A DNA stretch of 64,000 bases from an uncultured Gammaproteobacteria bacterium (GCA_964415025.1 CAYPXF010000001.1:9390-73389); one strand, 5' to 3'; positions 1 through 11,467 are shown, counted from the first letter of the stretch. The notes: generated from the letters alone by a model not told the origin. Translations and numbers: made by a program.

Positions 1-2
1 TA

Positions 3-869
3 ATTAAAGTACTCTTTCAGTTATTCTATTTTGTGCGATTCTTGCTAGTATACGATGTATTTCATTTCTATTTTGGAACTTCGCTTCTGCCATATAATAG
101 AGACTTGCCTATATTAAAATTATTCAATAAAAAGATATTTTTTACATTTCAAGGAAGTGACATCAGGATTTCAAAAGTATCTAATACATTACATTCTGCA
201 CAAACAATTGTATCACAGCATAATAAATGCAACAATATATCAGATGAGATCAAAAAACAAAAAATTAATTTTATCACAAAATATGCTAATAAAACATATA
301 TATTAAATCCGGATTTAAAACTATTCTCTCCAGCATCAGAAATACTACCCTATGCCCATTTATTTCCTAATAAGTGGGTAACAAGAAATAAGTATCATAC
401 CAACAAAACTCACTGGACTATTTTGCACGCACCCACGGATAGAAATATTAAAGGAACTAAATACGTTATCAAATCAGTTGAAGAATTGCAACGACGTGGA
501 TATAAAGTCAGGTTACTCCTCATTGAAAACATATCTCATGACGAAATGTTGCATGCATGCGCAAAGTCTGATATTGTGATCGATCAGTTACGTATTGGGT
601 GGTACGGTGGTTTCGCTGTTGAAATGATGTCGCTAGGGAAACCTGTTTTATGCTATATTGATACCCGCATGAGTCGCTATGTTCCCTATTTCAATCAAAT
701 ACCCATTATAAATGTCACTCCTAGCACACTTACCAATACAATTATCGATTTGATAAAAGATCCATATCGTCAATATATAGTTGGTAATAAAAGCAGAGTA
801 TTTGTTAAAAAAATTCATAACCCTCTTCATATTGCACGTAAGACGCTGAATCATTATTTATCATGCTAA
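3..869 (+). CDS. Glycosyltransferase, GT-B/GT4-like (5' partial, frame open to window edge)
   Basis: HAPTDRNIKGT and DIVIDQLRIGWYGGFAVEMMSLGKPV motifs; glycan locus context. Confidence 0.8.
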   Translation: MKVLFQLFYFVRFLLVYDVFHFYFGTSLLPYNRDLPILKLFNKKIFFTFQGSDIRISKVSNTLHSAQTIVSQHNKCNNISDEIKKQKINFITKYANKTYILNPDLKLFSPASEILPYAHLFPNKWVTRNKYHTNKTHWTILHAPTDRNIKGTKYVIKSVEELQRRGYKVRLLLIENISHDEMLHACAKSDIVIDQLRIGWYGGFAVEMMSLGKPVLCYIDTRMSRYVPYFNQIPIINVTPSTLTNTIIDLIKDPYRQYIVGNKSRVFVKKIHNPLHIARKTLNHYLSC

Positions 870-2350
870 TACAAAACCTGAAACGACTCTCAAAAGACAC
901 TTTAATATACGGTTTCGGCCGTGTTATTGAGTATATTGCTGCTTTCATTTTGCTTCCAGTATTTACTCGTATTTTTTCACCGGCTGATTACGGTATTTTA
1001 GACACACTAAATACGGTTGTATCTGTTATTTCATTATTTTTACTGATGGGGCTAAATTCCGCAACACAAAGATATTATTTCGATTCAGAAAAAGATCATA
1101 AGCAGGGATTGGTGGTGATTTCGACTGCCTTTTGGTTTTTGGCTATAGTAAGTGTTGTTGTTTCATTTATACTGATTTATTCATCCGATACTATTTCGAA
1201 TATATTATTCGATTCTACTGAATACAGCTACCTTATTGCCGTTGCTATCACCGCAATACCATTTATACTTATGGTTTCCTTCATTAAAGATGTGCTTCGA
1301 TTAAAATTTGCACCGTGGAAGTTTAGTACTTTAAGTATTGTACATTTTCTTTTAAATCTTGGAATAGTTATTTTTCTAGTAATTATACTAAAAAAAGGAT
1401 TAGTGGGCAACTACTATGGTGTTTTATTTTCGGTTATTATCACCCTCATTATTTCGATATATCTAATAAGGAATGATATTTCTTTTTTATTTTCAAAATA
1501 TTTTTTAATAAAACTATTAAAATTTGGTTTACCACTTGTTTTTGCAAGTTTTGCTTACTGGGTAATTACTTTTTCTGACAGGTTTTTCATCCTAAAATTA
1601 TCAACCCTTACTGAGCTAGGACTTTATTCAGTTGGAAATCGTGTAGCAACAATATTGATTTTAGTTGTTACGGCTATACACTTAGCTTGGAGTCCTCTTA
1701 TTTTTCAAAAGCACAGAGAAAAAGAATCATCTGCATTTATAGTGAAAACGATGACGTATTCTTTGATTGTTTTTTGTTTTTTTGCCGTAGTACTTACATC
1801 ACTTTCATTTGAAACTCTTACCATTCTCACACCCCGATCATATATAGGGGCAATTTATGTTGTAGGATTATTAACGTTGGGGATTGTTTTTTTAGGAATT
1901 TCAGGTATAGTCACTACTGGACTAACACTAGCTAAGAAAACAAAATATATTACCATTGCTTACATTATTTCAGCTGTTGTAAATATTATTTTAAATGCAC
2001 TTTTAATTCCATCATACGGTATTATTGGAGCATCTGTATCTACGTGCTTTTCATATATATTATTATTTGCTTTATGCTATTATTTTACACAACAATACTA
2101 TCGGCTTTCATTTGAATTAAAAAAATCAATAATAATTATTATTTTAACAGCATTTTTACTGTTTTTGGGTACCTTTGCATCACTCGAAAACATGGTAGTA
2201 AGTATAATGCTCAAACTATCATTAATATTACTATATCCGTTTGTGTTATATTATTTCAATATAATTGATCATAATGAAAAGTTAATTATTAAAAACTATA
2301 TACTAAAAACAATGCATCGTCTCAAAGTAATAATACTTTTTCATCAATAA
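863..2350 (+). CDS. wzx: Polysaccharide flippase (Wzx/MOP family)
   Basis: About 12-14 hydrophobic segments; N-terminal 'ILLPVFTRIFSPADYG' and 'SDRFFI...ELGLYSVG' typical of Wzx. Confidence 0.85.
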   Translation: MLIQNLKRLSKDTLIYGFGRVIEYIAAFILLPVFTRIFSPADYGILDTLNTVVSVISLFLLMGLNSATQRYYFDSEKDHKQGLVVISTAFWFLAIVSVVVSFILIYSSDTISNILFDSTEYSYLIAVAITAIPFILMVSFIKDVLRLKFAPWKFSTLSIVHFLLNLGIVIFLVIILKKGLVGNYYGVLFSVIITLIISIYLIRNDISFLFSKYFLIKLLKFGLPLVFASFAYWVITFSDRFFILKLSTLTELGLYSVGNRVATILILVVTAIHLAWSPLIFQKHREKESSAFIVKTMTYSLIVFCFFAVVLTSLSFETLTILTPRSYIGAIYVVGLLTLGIVFLGISGIVTTGLTLAKKTKYITIAYIISAVVNIILNALLIPSYGIIGASVSTCFSYILLFALCYYFTQQYYRLSFELKKSIIIIILTAFLLFLGTFASLENMVVSIMLKLSLILLYPFVLYYFNIIDHNEKLIIKNYILKTMHRLKVIILFHQ

Positions 2351-2355
2351 TAACT

Positions 2356-3438
2356 ATGCGCACTACAAAACGTACGATACTTTCAATAGTTGGCGCACGA
2401 CCTCAGTTTGTAAAACTTTGGGCACTTGAGAAACACATGAGTATCTTTAACCATATTATTATTCACACCGGACAGCATTATGATTTTAATATGTCAGAAG
2501 CTATATTTAAAGATTTAAATATACCAAAACCACATATTCACTTAAATATTGGATCTGATAAACCAACCTTGCAAGTTTCTAAAATGATATCAGGACTGGA
2601 CGATGTTATTAAGAGCTATGATCCTGATAATATTCTCGTATATGGAGATACAAGCTCAACACTGGCTGGCGCATTGACTGCACGTATGAATAAAATACCG
2701 CTCAGTCATATTGAAGCCGGCATGCGCAGCTATAACGTTATGCCAGAAGAGACTAGCAGGGTTGTGTCTGACCATATTGCTGATTACCTATTTTGTTCTA
2801 CATCTACTGCAATGAACAACTTACAAAATGAAGGCATCTATTCCAAAAGTTACCTTGTCGGCGATCTCATGGCCGATGCCTTACAAACAATGCGCCCACT
2901 CATTAATCAAAATTCATCATTACTGCAGAAATATAAAGTTATGAAAAATGAATATTTACTACTGACTGTACATCGCGAAGATAATACGATAAATAAAGAA
3001 AAATTATCAAATATTCTGCACGCATTCTCTAAAATAAATTATACGACAATATTTCCGGCACATCCGCGTACTAAAAAGGCAATTTCTGATTTTGGATTAA
3101 TGGATATCATTACAAAAGCCCCAAATATTATGATGATAGACGCAGTACCTTATAGCGAGCTGCTTACATTACAAAATTATGCAAAAAAGATCATAACTGA
3201 TTCTGGAGGCATGCAGAAAGAGGCCTATTTGCTCCGTAAACCTTGTATTACACTTCGACTTGAAACGGAATGGGTTGAAACAGTAGAAGATAATGCAAAT
3301 ATTCTAGTTGGGACAAATAAACCTGCTATCATACAGGCCATTAGACAGTTTGATATTGACGAGTCAGCCAGCAAACTTCGTTATGGTGAAGGCCGTGCAG
3401 CTGAAAAAATTGCAAAAATAATTAATTCAACTGGATGA
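2356..3438 (+). CDS. wecB: UDP-N-acetylglucosamine 2-epimerase (non-hydrolysing)
   Basis: GARPQFVK, HTGQHYD, GDTSST, HIEAGMRS, TDSGGMQKEA motifs. Confidence 0.95.
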   Translation: MRTTKRTILSIVGARPQFVKLWALEKHMSIFNHIIIHTGQHYDFNMSEAIFKDLNIPKPHIHLNIGSDKPTLQVSKMISGLDDVIKSYDPDNILVYGDTSSTLAGALTARMNKIPLSHIEAGMRSYNVMPEETSRVVSDHIADYLFCSTSTAMNNLQNEGIYSKSYLVGDLMADALQTMRPLINQNSSLLQKYKVMKNEYLLLTVHREDNTINKEKLSNILHAFSKINYTTIFPAHPRTKKAISDFGLMDIITKAPNIMMIDAVPYSELLTLQNYAKKIITDSGGMQKEAYLLRKPCITLRLETEWVETVEDNANILVGTNKPAIIQAIRQFDIDESASKLRYGEGRAAEKIAKIINSTG

Positions 3439-4718
3439 AAAAAATTCTCATAGTTAGTTATTACTTTCCTCCGATTGGCTCAAGCGGTACAGTTAGGATA
3501 TCTAATTTTGTCAAATATTTACATAAATACGATTGGACATGCCACGTATTAACCGTAAAAAATATTTTTCATCATGCAATAGATGATACATATATACACG
3601 ATGTGGAAAAAGCATCACAGGTTCACAGAACTTTTCATATCGAACCAAGGTCTTTCTATCGTCAATCTCATGATTATTCCTTAAATATTAAACCCTCAAG
3701 GATAAAAAGGAATATCATTAAATTTTTTCGTTTCCTAATAAAATTATTTTTAGTTCCGGATGAAATAATTCTATGGTCACCATTTGCAATAATTAAAGGG
3801 ATTTATATTATTTATAAATATAATATTGACATTATTTTTTCCAGTTCACCGCCACCAACCGTACATATTATCGCATATTTTCTAAAAATATTTACTGGTA
3901 AAAAATTAGTTGTTGATTTTAGAGATGAATGGATAAATGACCCATTTAGCTCAATGCCAACAAGTGTACATCGCCGGATTAATTTATATTTAGAAAATCG
4001 TATACTGCAAAAAGCTGATGCTATAGTGGCTGTTACTCCAACAATATTTGAAGAAATGAATACACAATATCATCATAAATTCCGTACTATTACAAATGGA
4101 TACGATCCAGAAGATTTTCAGATCGGTCCCCATGCATCCGATCCCACAAAGAAGCTAACTTTTTATTATCCTGGTACATTTTATAAACATAGAACACCTT
4201 TTTATTTCTTGCAAGCTTTGCTATTATTATTAAAAGACCAAAAGATTAACAAAGATGAAATTTCAGTAATCTTCCAAGGTAATATTTCGCCAGATACATA
4301 CAATCAGTATATTCTTAATAATCATGAATTACTAGAAATTATAAAAATTAGACCGTATGCTGACCACCCTACGGTTATTAAGAATATGATCTCAGCTGAT
4401 ATTTTACTTTTAGTTATCAGCACACAGAGCGGGTTAGGTTCTCTGTCTGGTAAAATTTTCGAATATATCGCCACTGGAAAACCTATTTTAGGGCTTGTTC
4501 CCGCAAATGGTGCTGCTGCCTCTTTGATTAGGAAAACACAAACAGGCATTGTGGTTTCTCCAGAAAATATTTCCGATATATATAATAGTATTTATGAATT
4601 GTATAAAAGGTGGAACAAAAGTAGCTTACAAATTTATCCACATAAACCATTAATTAAAAAATATTCGAGAGAATCTCAGACAAAATTATTAATACGTGTT
4701 TTTCAAAGCCATATATGA
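3435..4718 (+). CDS. Glycosyltransferase family 4
   Basis: SYYFPP N-terminus, DFRDEW, ITNGYD, GKIFEYIATGKPIL. Confidence 0.9.
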   Translation: MKKILIVSYYFPPIGSSGTVRISNFVKYLHKYDWTCHVLTVKNIFHHAIDDTYIHDVEKASQVHRTFHIEPRSFYRQSHDYSLNIKPSRIKRNIIKFFRFLIKLFLVPDEIILWSPFAIIKGIYIIYKYNIDIIFSSSPPPTVHIIAYFLKIFTGKKLVVDFRDEWINDPFSSMPTSVHRRINLYLENRILQKADAIVAVTPTIFEEMNTQYHHKFRTITNGYDPEDFQIGPHASDPTKKLTFYYPGTFYKHRTPFYFLQALLLLLKDQKINKDEISVIFQGNISPDTYNQYILNNHELLEIIKIRPYADHPTVIKNMISADILLLVISTQSGLGSLSGKIFEYIATGKPILGLVPANGAAASLIRKTQTGIVVSPENISDIYNSIYELYKRWNKSSLQIYPHKPLIKKYSRESQTKLLIRVFQSHI

Positions 4719-5725
4719 CGACCACTCCACACATTGGGATTATAGTATTAAATTGGAATGGTATTGATAACACCCGTCGCTGTCTTACATCCTTACAAAA
4801 AATCACTTACTCCAACTATTCTATATTTCTTGTTGACAATGGATCTACAATTAATGAATCGGATGTCTTAAAAAAGGAGTATCGGGAGATAATAGCCATT
4901 CGAACTAAAAATAATTTAGGCTTCTCTGGTGGAAATAACATTGGTATAAAATATGCACTATATGATTCCGATAATTATTGCGATTATATTCTAATTTTGA
5001 ACAATGATACAGTAGTTGAAAATAACTTTCTTTCTATCATGGTTAGAACTGCAATTCAAGACAACTCTGTCGGTATGGTAAGTCCAACCATGTTATCTAT
5101 GAATAATCATAATACTATTGATAATATGGGATTATGCCTCACCCTATCTGGTATTCCATTTAACAGAAAAAAGAATAAAAGAATTTTATTATGCCCTTCT
5201 GGCGGCGCGGCTTTGTATTCACGTCAAATGCTAAAAGATATATGCCTCGACGGTGACTATTTTGATTCCACTTTTTTTGCTTATGCTGAAGATTATGACA
5301 TAGGAATGAGAGCACTCCAAGCTGGCTACAAACCTGCACATGCGAATAACGCCATTATATATCATAAGGGTTCTGCATCAACTGGGTTAATGAGTGATTT
5401 TGCAATCTACCATACCTATCGAAATTTATTGCTAGTTATAGTTAAAGACTGGCCTTTCCTACTACTTGTTATCAATGCCCCCTGGATAATATTGATGCAA
5501 ATATGTTTAATCTTCCTCCATAGTAAACGCGGAACTATTCATATTCTACTTAATGCATACCGAGATTTTTTCAAATACATTCCACAATACATAAAAATGA
5601 GGAACATTATTCGTTCCCATAAACAGATAAGTTCTATTGTATTGCTTCGATATTTTGAAAAACGTGTAGTCCTACTGGAATATATACGAAATGCGATCTA
5701 TACTAACGGACAGTCTCAGGATTAA
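4715..5725 (+). CDS. Glycosyltransferase family 2
   Basis: IVLNWNG, VDNGS, NLGFSGGNNIG, LNNDT, FFAYAEDYD. Confidence 0.9.
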   Translation: MTTTPHIGIIVLNWNGIDNTRRCLTSLQKITYSNYSIFLVDNGSTINESDVLKKEYREIIAIRTKNNLGFSGGNNIGIKYALYDSDNYCDYILILNNDTVVENNFLSIMVRTAIQDNSVGMVSPTMLSMNNHNTIDNMGLCLTLSGIPFNRKKNKRILLCPSGGAALYSRQMLKDICLDGDYFDSTFFAYAEDYDIGMRALQAGYKPAHANNAIIYHKGSASTGLMSDFAIYHTYRNLLLVIVKDWPFLLLVINAPWIILMQICLIFLHSKRGTIHILLNAYRDFFKYIPQYIKMRNIIRSHKQISSIVLLRYFEKRVVLLEYIRNAIYTNGQSQD

Positions 5726-7979
5726 ATTCAAATATATATATATCATCAATTTTTTTATATGTGCCCATTAATTCTATCTGTTTCTTGAGTGTATAGTCAC
5801 TAATCCATCTCTCCTCGGTCACAAAATAACATTTATCAGTCTTCGTAATATCGAGGGCTTTTTGTAAATCTATTTTTTTTGGATCTCGAAACAAATTTTG
5901 CTGAATTTCAACAAGCGCAGGTTGACTAAATTCTTCACCAATAGTAAATCCGCCCCCTATTATTTTTTTTGCTGATATGCTCTCTAATGCTAATAGTGGC
6001 CAAGTATCACTGATAACACAATATCTAGTTTCATCCTTTATCCTTTTATAGATATACTCCATTGCTTTCAATTCTGAAGCAGAAACCATCCGCAGTACTG
6101 GACCTGAAACATAATTAAAAAGTAATATAATTGAGATCATGATTGCTAAGCTAGATACAATAATCTTTTTATTATTTGCAAGCAAATAAATATTATAAAC
6201 TCCAAATACAACTAAGGGCAGTAAAAAAAGATATAATAGCAAGTCAATTCTGCTAGATAATGGCGCTGGACCATTAATAATATACCGGCTTCCGATATAC
6301 AACACTAGAAAAAAAGACATGACAAATATTAATATAATATTTCTGAATATTTTCGCTATTTTTAAATAAACTATTCCACTGATTATTAATACTAATAAAA
6401 ATAAGTTAGCAATAAATGATGTAGTAATTGATTTTATTGGATACCAATGCATCAGCTGTGGTATATTGTTTAAATTATAAAAGAATGTACCTGATGCAGC
6501 TATAGAACCAAACTGTGTTATACCAAATATATTAAGTATCCATCTGCCGAGTGACCGAGGTGTTTCCCAACTTAATAGACTAGCAGTGTCAAAAGCTGAG
6601 CTAAGATTAAAAATATTTGCATAATATATATCCAAACTTATAATTATTGTGCTTATTGTTAATGATCCTACTGCGATAATTATACAATGATAAATCTTTT
6701 TGCTTAGTTTTATAGTTGTTACCTTTTTTACTGCCTTGTAAAGTACAATAATGCTAAGTAAAAGAACCCATATAACCAAGGCTATGATATAATTTAAATA
6801 CAACATCAATGTAAGAATACCTATGAATACGTAACCCTTTTTTGTAGGCACCTTACTTACATCTAATAATACCAACGCTGCAAATATAAATAAAAGATGT
6901 CCAAATGAGTATGGCACGGTAATAGCCCCATACACTTGTAGAACCCAAAATATTGTACTGGAAAATGATAAAAGTAGAGGTATAATTTTACTATGTGGAC
7001 ATACTATTTTACCAATTTTGTATAATAATATCGGTGTGAATAATGACCATAATAAAAATACCAGTACTAAATCAATCCAAAATATATCAATCGCGGCTAT
7101 CTTACTAATAATTACAGTTATCGCCCACTGGTTTGCGTATGATGTTTTATTACCTACCAAGAAGACTGAAGGTATTTTAACCTGACCAAATTCTTTATAT
7201 GAAATAGTATCATCGAGAAAACTTGGCGATACTACATTTCCTTCAGCAATATATCTCTCGGTAGCTATATGCCTCCATTTATCACCTCCGTATCCAACTT
7301 CGTATATAATTGGTAAGTAACTATGGATAAGTACTGAAAATAAAATAATTATAATGAGAATTACAGTACTTTTTAATTTAGTAAATATTAAATATAATAT
7401 TATAAAACTTGATAATAATATCACTACTAGGTATAAATTTGGAATTACTTCCCACGGTGCCATAATATAATTACTCGTGCGAGCTCCATATAGTAATAAA
7501 AAACCAATAATAAATAATAAGGGCAAGCATATTATATATATCCTTGGTACATTTAATAAATTTATTTCTTCGTAATTGTTATTTATTTCAGTACGGCTTT
7601 TATTATATATGCCTAGTAGCCAATTAGCAGCAGATATTAATACAGATACTATGAGTAATATTATAAAAATTACAACATCGGATAATTTTAAAAAGACAAT
7701 AAAAAATGCGCCTAAAAAAGCGATCGAATATATATAGAATAAAGTACTTAATGCATTATTAAATTGACCTTTAACAAAATTAAAATTACTAAATATACCA
7801 CCAAGCCATAAAATACAAATTATTGAAAATAAAAGAAATAGCACAATACCAATGGCTGATATTTGGTATGTGGTTAAATTTACATAAATGCCAATACTAA
7901 AGAGAATATTTATTAGCGTAAATATTCCATATTTATTAACACGAACAGTATCTGCTAACTGAATAAGTAATTGTTTCAT
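5703..7979 (-). CDS. Large polytopic membrane protein, possible GT-C-fold glycosyltransferase
   Basis: Many TM segments, loop motif GGDKWRH, soluble C-terminal domain; located in glycan locus. Confidence 0.55.
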   Translation of the reverse strand: MKQLLIQLADTVRVNKYGIFTLINILFSIGIYVNLTTYQISAIGIVLFLLFSIICILWLGGIFSNFNFVKGQFNNALSTLFYIYSIAFLGAFFIVFLKLSDVVIFIILLIVSVLISAANWLLGIYNKSRTEINNNYEEINLLNVPRIYIICLPLLFIIGFLLLYGARTSNYIMAPWEVIPNLYLVVILLSSFIILYLIFTKLKSTVILIIIILFSVLIHSYLPIIYEVGYGGDKWRHIATERYIAEGNVVSPSFLDDTISYKEFGQVKIPSVFLVGNKTSYANQWAITVIISKIAAIDIFWIDLVLVFLLWSLFTPILLYKIGKIVCPHSKIIPLLLSFSSTIFWVLQVYGAITVPYSFGHLLFIFAALVLLDVSKVPTKKGYVFIGILTLMLYLNYIIALVIWVLLLSIIVLYKAVKKVTTIKLSKKIYHCIIIAVGSLTISTIIISLDIYYANIFNLSSAFDTASLLSWETPRSLGRWILNIFGITQFGSIAASGTFFYNLNNIPQLMHWYPIKSITTSFIANLFLLVLIISGIVYLKIAKIFRNIILIFVMSFFLVLYIGSRYIINGPAPLSSRIDLLLYLFLLPLVVFGVYNIYLLANNKKIIVSSLAIMISIILLFNYVSGPVLRMVSASELKAMEYIYKRIKDETRYCVISDTWPLLALESISAKKIIGGGFTIGEEFSQPALVEIQQNLFRDPKKIDLQKALDITKTDKCYFVTEERWISDYTLKKQIELMGTYKKIDDIYIFEFNPETVR

Positions 7980-9121
7980 GTTGCGTTATAAATTGCTACT
8001 AATTTATCTACTATAACATCCCATGAGAAGTGTTTCACTACTTTCTTTTTACCATTAGCTCCATATTCTTTTTTTAATTCTTCATTGTTTATAATAATGC
8101 GTATCTTTTTTGCAAGTTCTCTATCATTCCCTACCCGAAACGTAAGACCGTCCTTTCCTGTATTAATCAAGGTTCGAACCCCAGGCAAATCAGAAGTTAT
8201 AACCGGCGTACCGCACGCCATTGCCTCCAGCGTTACCAGGCCATATGCTTCTGTTTTATCAGTTGAAGGTAGTACTAATACATCAGCAACGTTATAAATA
8301 TCTATCAGTGTATCATTATCTACTTTATTTAAAAAGAATACCCTCGACTTAAGTGCGAGTTTATTGGATTGTTCCTCATATTCTGACTGTAAATTTCCTT
8401 TTCCAACAATAATTAATTTTGCTTCTGGCAACTCTTTCATGGCATTGAGCAATACGTCCAATCCTTTGAAATAGTGCGCTTCGTCAAGGCCGCCGACAAA
8501 AAGAACTATCTTTTTTTTATCTTTTCTGATTTTCTCAACTATTTCTCCTGTTATTTCTTTTTCTCTGAACTTATTTATATCTACACCATTAGCAAGGGGT
8601 ATAAATTTGTTCTCATGAGCACTATAGTATTTATATATGTCAGAATGTTCAAAATAATCCCAGGTTGATACAAGTACTTTATTCGCCCGCATAACAATTA
8701 GTTTGGTAAATACTGTCTTATATATCCAGAATAAATATCGTACCCATTTTCTACCCACTAAGTCCATTTGGTATTGTAATATAATCCTTACTTTTTTATC
8801 TAACAATAAATATAAATATAGAAACTCTAATCCAATAAACGGATAATGTATATGTACAATATCGTATTCTTTTATTTCTTTGCTAATATTAGGTAACAGG
8901 GAGGCATTCCCAAAGGTCAACAATGATTTTTTTTTAATTACTCGATATTTTGCGGGGTGATACATGTCCTGTATCTCATTTTTATATGACGGTATAATGA
9001 CATCAACATTCCACCCTCTTTTCGCCAGCCCCTCTACCTGATTTTTACATACATTACCAATCCCTCCCTTATACGGAGGGAATGTCGATACCACATGTGC
9101 TACTCGTAGTTTTTGTTTCAT
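7976..9121 (-). CDS. Glycosyltransferase family 4
   Basis: FPPYKGG, KGLDVLL, EAYGLVTLEAMACGTPVI. Confidence 0.92.
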   Translation of the reverse strand: MKQKLRVAHVVSTFPPYKGGIGNVCKNQVEGLAKRGWNVDVIIPSYKNEIQDMYHPAKYRVIKKKSLLTFGNASLLPNISKEIKEYDIVHIHYPFIGLEFLYLYLLLDKKVRIILQYQMDLVGRKWVRYLFWIYKTVFTKLIVMRANKVLVSTWDYFEHSDIYKYYSAHENKFIPLANGVDINKFREKEITGEIVEKIRKDKKKIVLFVGGLDEAHYFKGLDVLLNAMKELPEAKLIIVGKGNLQSEYEEQSNKLALKSRVFFLNKVDNDTLIDIYNVADVLVLPSTDKTEAYGLVTLEAMACGTPVITSDLPGVRTLINTGKDGLTFRVGNDRELAKKIRIIINNEELKKEYGANGKKKVVKHFSWDVIVDKLVAIYNAT

Positions 9122-9123
9122 TA

Positions 9124-10098
9124 TTATTTAATCTGCTCTCTCCAGTAATTCAATGTGTCTACGAGCGTTGTGTTCATATAGTCAATTTCTGGTTTCCATC
9201 CTGTAGTATCACAAAACTTAGAGTTATCACCAAGCAATACCGGCACATCAGAGGGTCGCATTCTTTTCGGATCTTGTATCACTTTTATCCCCTTATGATT
9301 AGAGTGATTAATGAGTGCCTGCAGCACATCCTTTATTTTGTAATCCTGACCAGAGCAAATATTATATACCTCTCCGGGTTCGCATTTTTCGGTGGCGATC
9401 CAGTAAGCCTTTACGATATCACGCACATCAGTAAAATCACGTCGTGCATCTAGGTTGCCGACCTGAATAACGGGTTCTTTTCTACCACGCTCTATTTCTG
9501 CAACTTGTTTTGCAAAATTACTATCCACAAAAACATCTCCCCGTCTTGGGCCAGAATGATTAAATGTTCTTGTCCGTATTATTCGCACGCCATAACTCAT
9601 GTAATATTGATAGCCCATGTAGTCTTGTGCAACTTTAGATACGGCATACGGCGACATCGGGCGTAGCGGGTTTGATTCTCGTATAGGGATTTCATCAGGC
9701 TTCACCAGGCCATATTCTTCTGAAGAGCACGCAATTTGTATGACGGGGTTATAGTCATCGCTTATTAATTTTCTGACCGCCTCAAAAACATTACACTGTC
9801 CTGTAATATTTATTTCAAGCGTTTCGCTAGGAGATTCCCATGAGGTCGGGACAAAACTTTGCGCCGCCAGATGAAATATCTTATCTGGCTTAATTGTTTC
9901 AATAATACTCGATACATTATGGGCATCTTTGATATCACATTCATAAAAAGATATTGATGACTCAATGTCCTGGATATTTGCCATATTGCTTCGCCAGCGT
10001 TTGATGCCAAATATTTCAACATCCGGATGATGCTCTAAGATGTACTCGGCTAGATGACTGCCTACAAATCCGGTTATCCCGGTAATTAACACTTTCAT
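9124..10098 (-). CDS. GDP-mannose 4,6-dehydratase / GDP-6-deoxy-mannose reductase-like extended SDR
   Basis: GITGFVGSHL, HLAAQSFV, SSEEYG, SPYAVSK, FNHSGPRR, GNLDARRDFTDVRD. Confidence 0.88.
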   Translation of the reverse strand: MKVLITGITGFVGSHLAEYILEHHPDVEIFGIKRWRSNMANIQDIESSISFYECDIKDAHNVSSIIETIKPDKIFHLAAQSFVPTSWESPSETLEINITGQCNVFEAVRKLISDDYNPVIQIACSSEEYGLVKPDEIPIRESNPLRPMSPYAVSKVAQDYMGYQYYMSYGVRIIRTRTFNHSGPRRGDVFVDSNFAKQVAEIERGRKEPVIQVGNLDARRDFTDVRDIVKAYWIATEKCEPGEVYNICSGQDYKIKDVLQALINHSNHKGIKVIQDPKRMRPSDVPVLLGDNSKFCDTTGWKPEIDYMNTTLVDTLNYWREQIK

Positions 10099-10104
10099 AA
10101 TTTT

Positions 10105-11148
10105 TTATTCTTTCAATGATAATTCTTTTACGCTGATCCCATAATCTAAAAACCATTGTTTGATTTCTTTTTGTGTTGCCCGTACGCTTATGTTCTTTCT
10201 TTTTGTGATCATTTTTTGCGCTCCTGCTAATGCATGGAGCCACCCTTTACACACCGCATATACAAGCTTAACAAACGAATACTCCTTAACAAAATTACCT
10301 GATGATCCTTTGTGCGTCACTATGGCTACCGCTTGGTACGTATACCGTTTACATGAGTAATATATACTTGCCAGTATCATGCCCAGCGGCAGCAGTTTGA
10401 TGATAAACCAGATCCTGTTTCTCTCGATATAATACGCTTTTCGAGGAGAATATTTACCGGTCGTAGCGGAATACATATGATACACCCTCGCGTCAGGAAT
10501 AAATTTTGCTTTCCAGCCGGCGAGGCGTCCTCGAAAACCCAAATCGCTGTCCTCGAGGTAGAATTGAAAATCTTCATCGAGGAGTCCGATCTCATCAAGC
10601 ATTTTTTTGCTATACACCCCCCCACAACCGCTTGGCATTAAAATATCAGATTTATTATCAAATTGTCCCTCATCAGATTCCATTCTCCCCCTTCCTCTGC
10701 ATATCCCGTCCCGATAAATAATCAATCCTGTACTATCAATTATTTTTTTATCATAATAATTTAATATTTTTAATGCCCACATACCTGTCATATCCCGCTG
10801 GTTTTGTATGGTTTTGAGGATAGCAGCTAAACAATCTTCAGCGAGTTCAACATCATTATTAAGAAGTAAAATATAGTCCCCGCGAGCGTGTCGAATGCCA
10901 GCATTATTTCCAGCGGCATACGTATTTATTTTATTGACAATAGTTTTTATTGAAGGGAACTGTTTTTTAATATACTGAACAGAATTATCTGTGGAACCAT
11001 TATCTACAACAATAATCTCAAAATCAGATATTGTTTGTCGAAACAGTGATGGCAAACATATTTGTAAGCATTCTAAACCATTATAATTTAATATGACTAC
11101 TGATATAAGCGGATTTTTTGAAATTTCAGCCTCAAGCATTTGGATCAA
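10105..11148 (-). CDS. Glycosyltransferase family 2
   Basis: VVILNYNG, VDNGSTD, LLNND, FYLEDSDLGFR. Confidence 0.9.
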   Translation of the reverse strand: MIQMLEAEISKNPLISVVILNYNGLECLQICLPSLFRQTISDFEIIVVDNGSTDNSVQYIKKQFPSIKTIVNKINTYAAGNNAGIRHARGDYILLLNNDVELAEDCLAAILKTIQNQRDMTGMWALKILNYYDKKIIDSTGLIIYRDGICRGRGRMESDEGQFDNKSDILMPSGCGGVYSKKMLDEIGLLDEDFQFYLEDSDLGFRGRLAGWKAKFIPDARVYHMYSATTGKYSPRKAYYIERNRIWFIIKLLPLGMILASIYYSCKRYTYQAVAIVTHKGSSGNFVKEYSFVKLVYAVCKGWLHALAGAQKMITKRKNISVRATQKEIKQWFLDYGISVKELSLKE

Positions 11149-11467
11149 TATCTTTCAGACTTTCTTTTCTGATAAATTCCTCGATTTTCCTTTCCATGCG
11201 TTTGACAATCACATAATTCCTAAACGTAACGCCAAAAAGCACGACAATGCCGACGATAATAACGAGATCAAACGTACGGCTGATACTAAACGCTTCCAAA
11301 ATAAATTTTACGCTTGTTGGAAATAAGACTACAACGACCAAGCCGATCCATAATACCTGCCATAAAATAAATTCTATTCTCCTAAATTCTCCCCGCCGGA
11401 AATGCAGGTAGCTAAAATAGATCATCCACAGCGCGAATAGTATAGCTAATATCTGTATACCGATCAT
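11132..11467 (-). CDS. DUF2304-family small membrane protein
   Basis: 3 TM segments plus C-terminal coiled tail; start set at the ATGA overlap with the upstream GT2 stop. Confidence 0.75.
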   Translation of the reverse strand: MIGIQILAILFALWMIYFSYLHFRRGEFRRIEFILWQVLWIGLVVVVLFPTSVKFILEAFSISRTFDLVIIVGIVVLFGVTFRNYVIVKRMERKIEEFIRKESLKDIDPNA

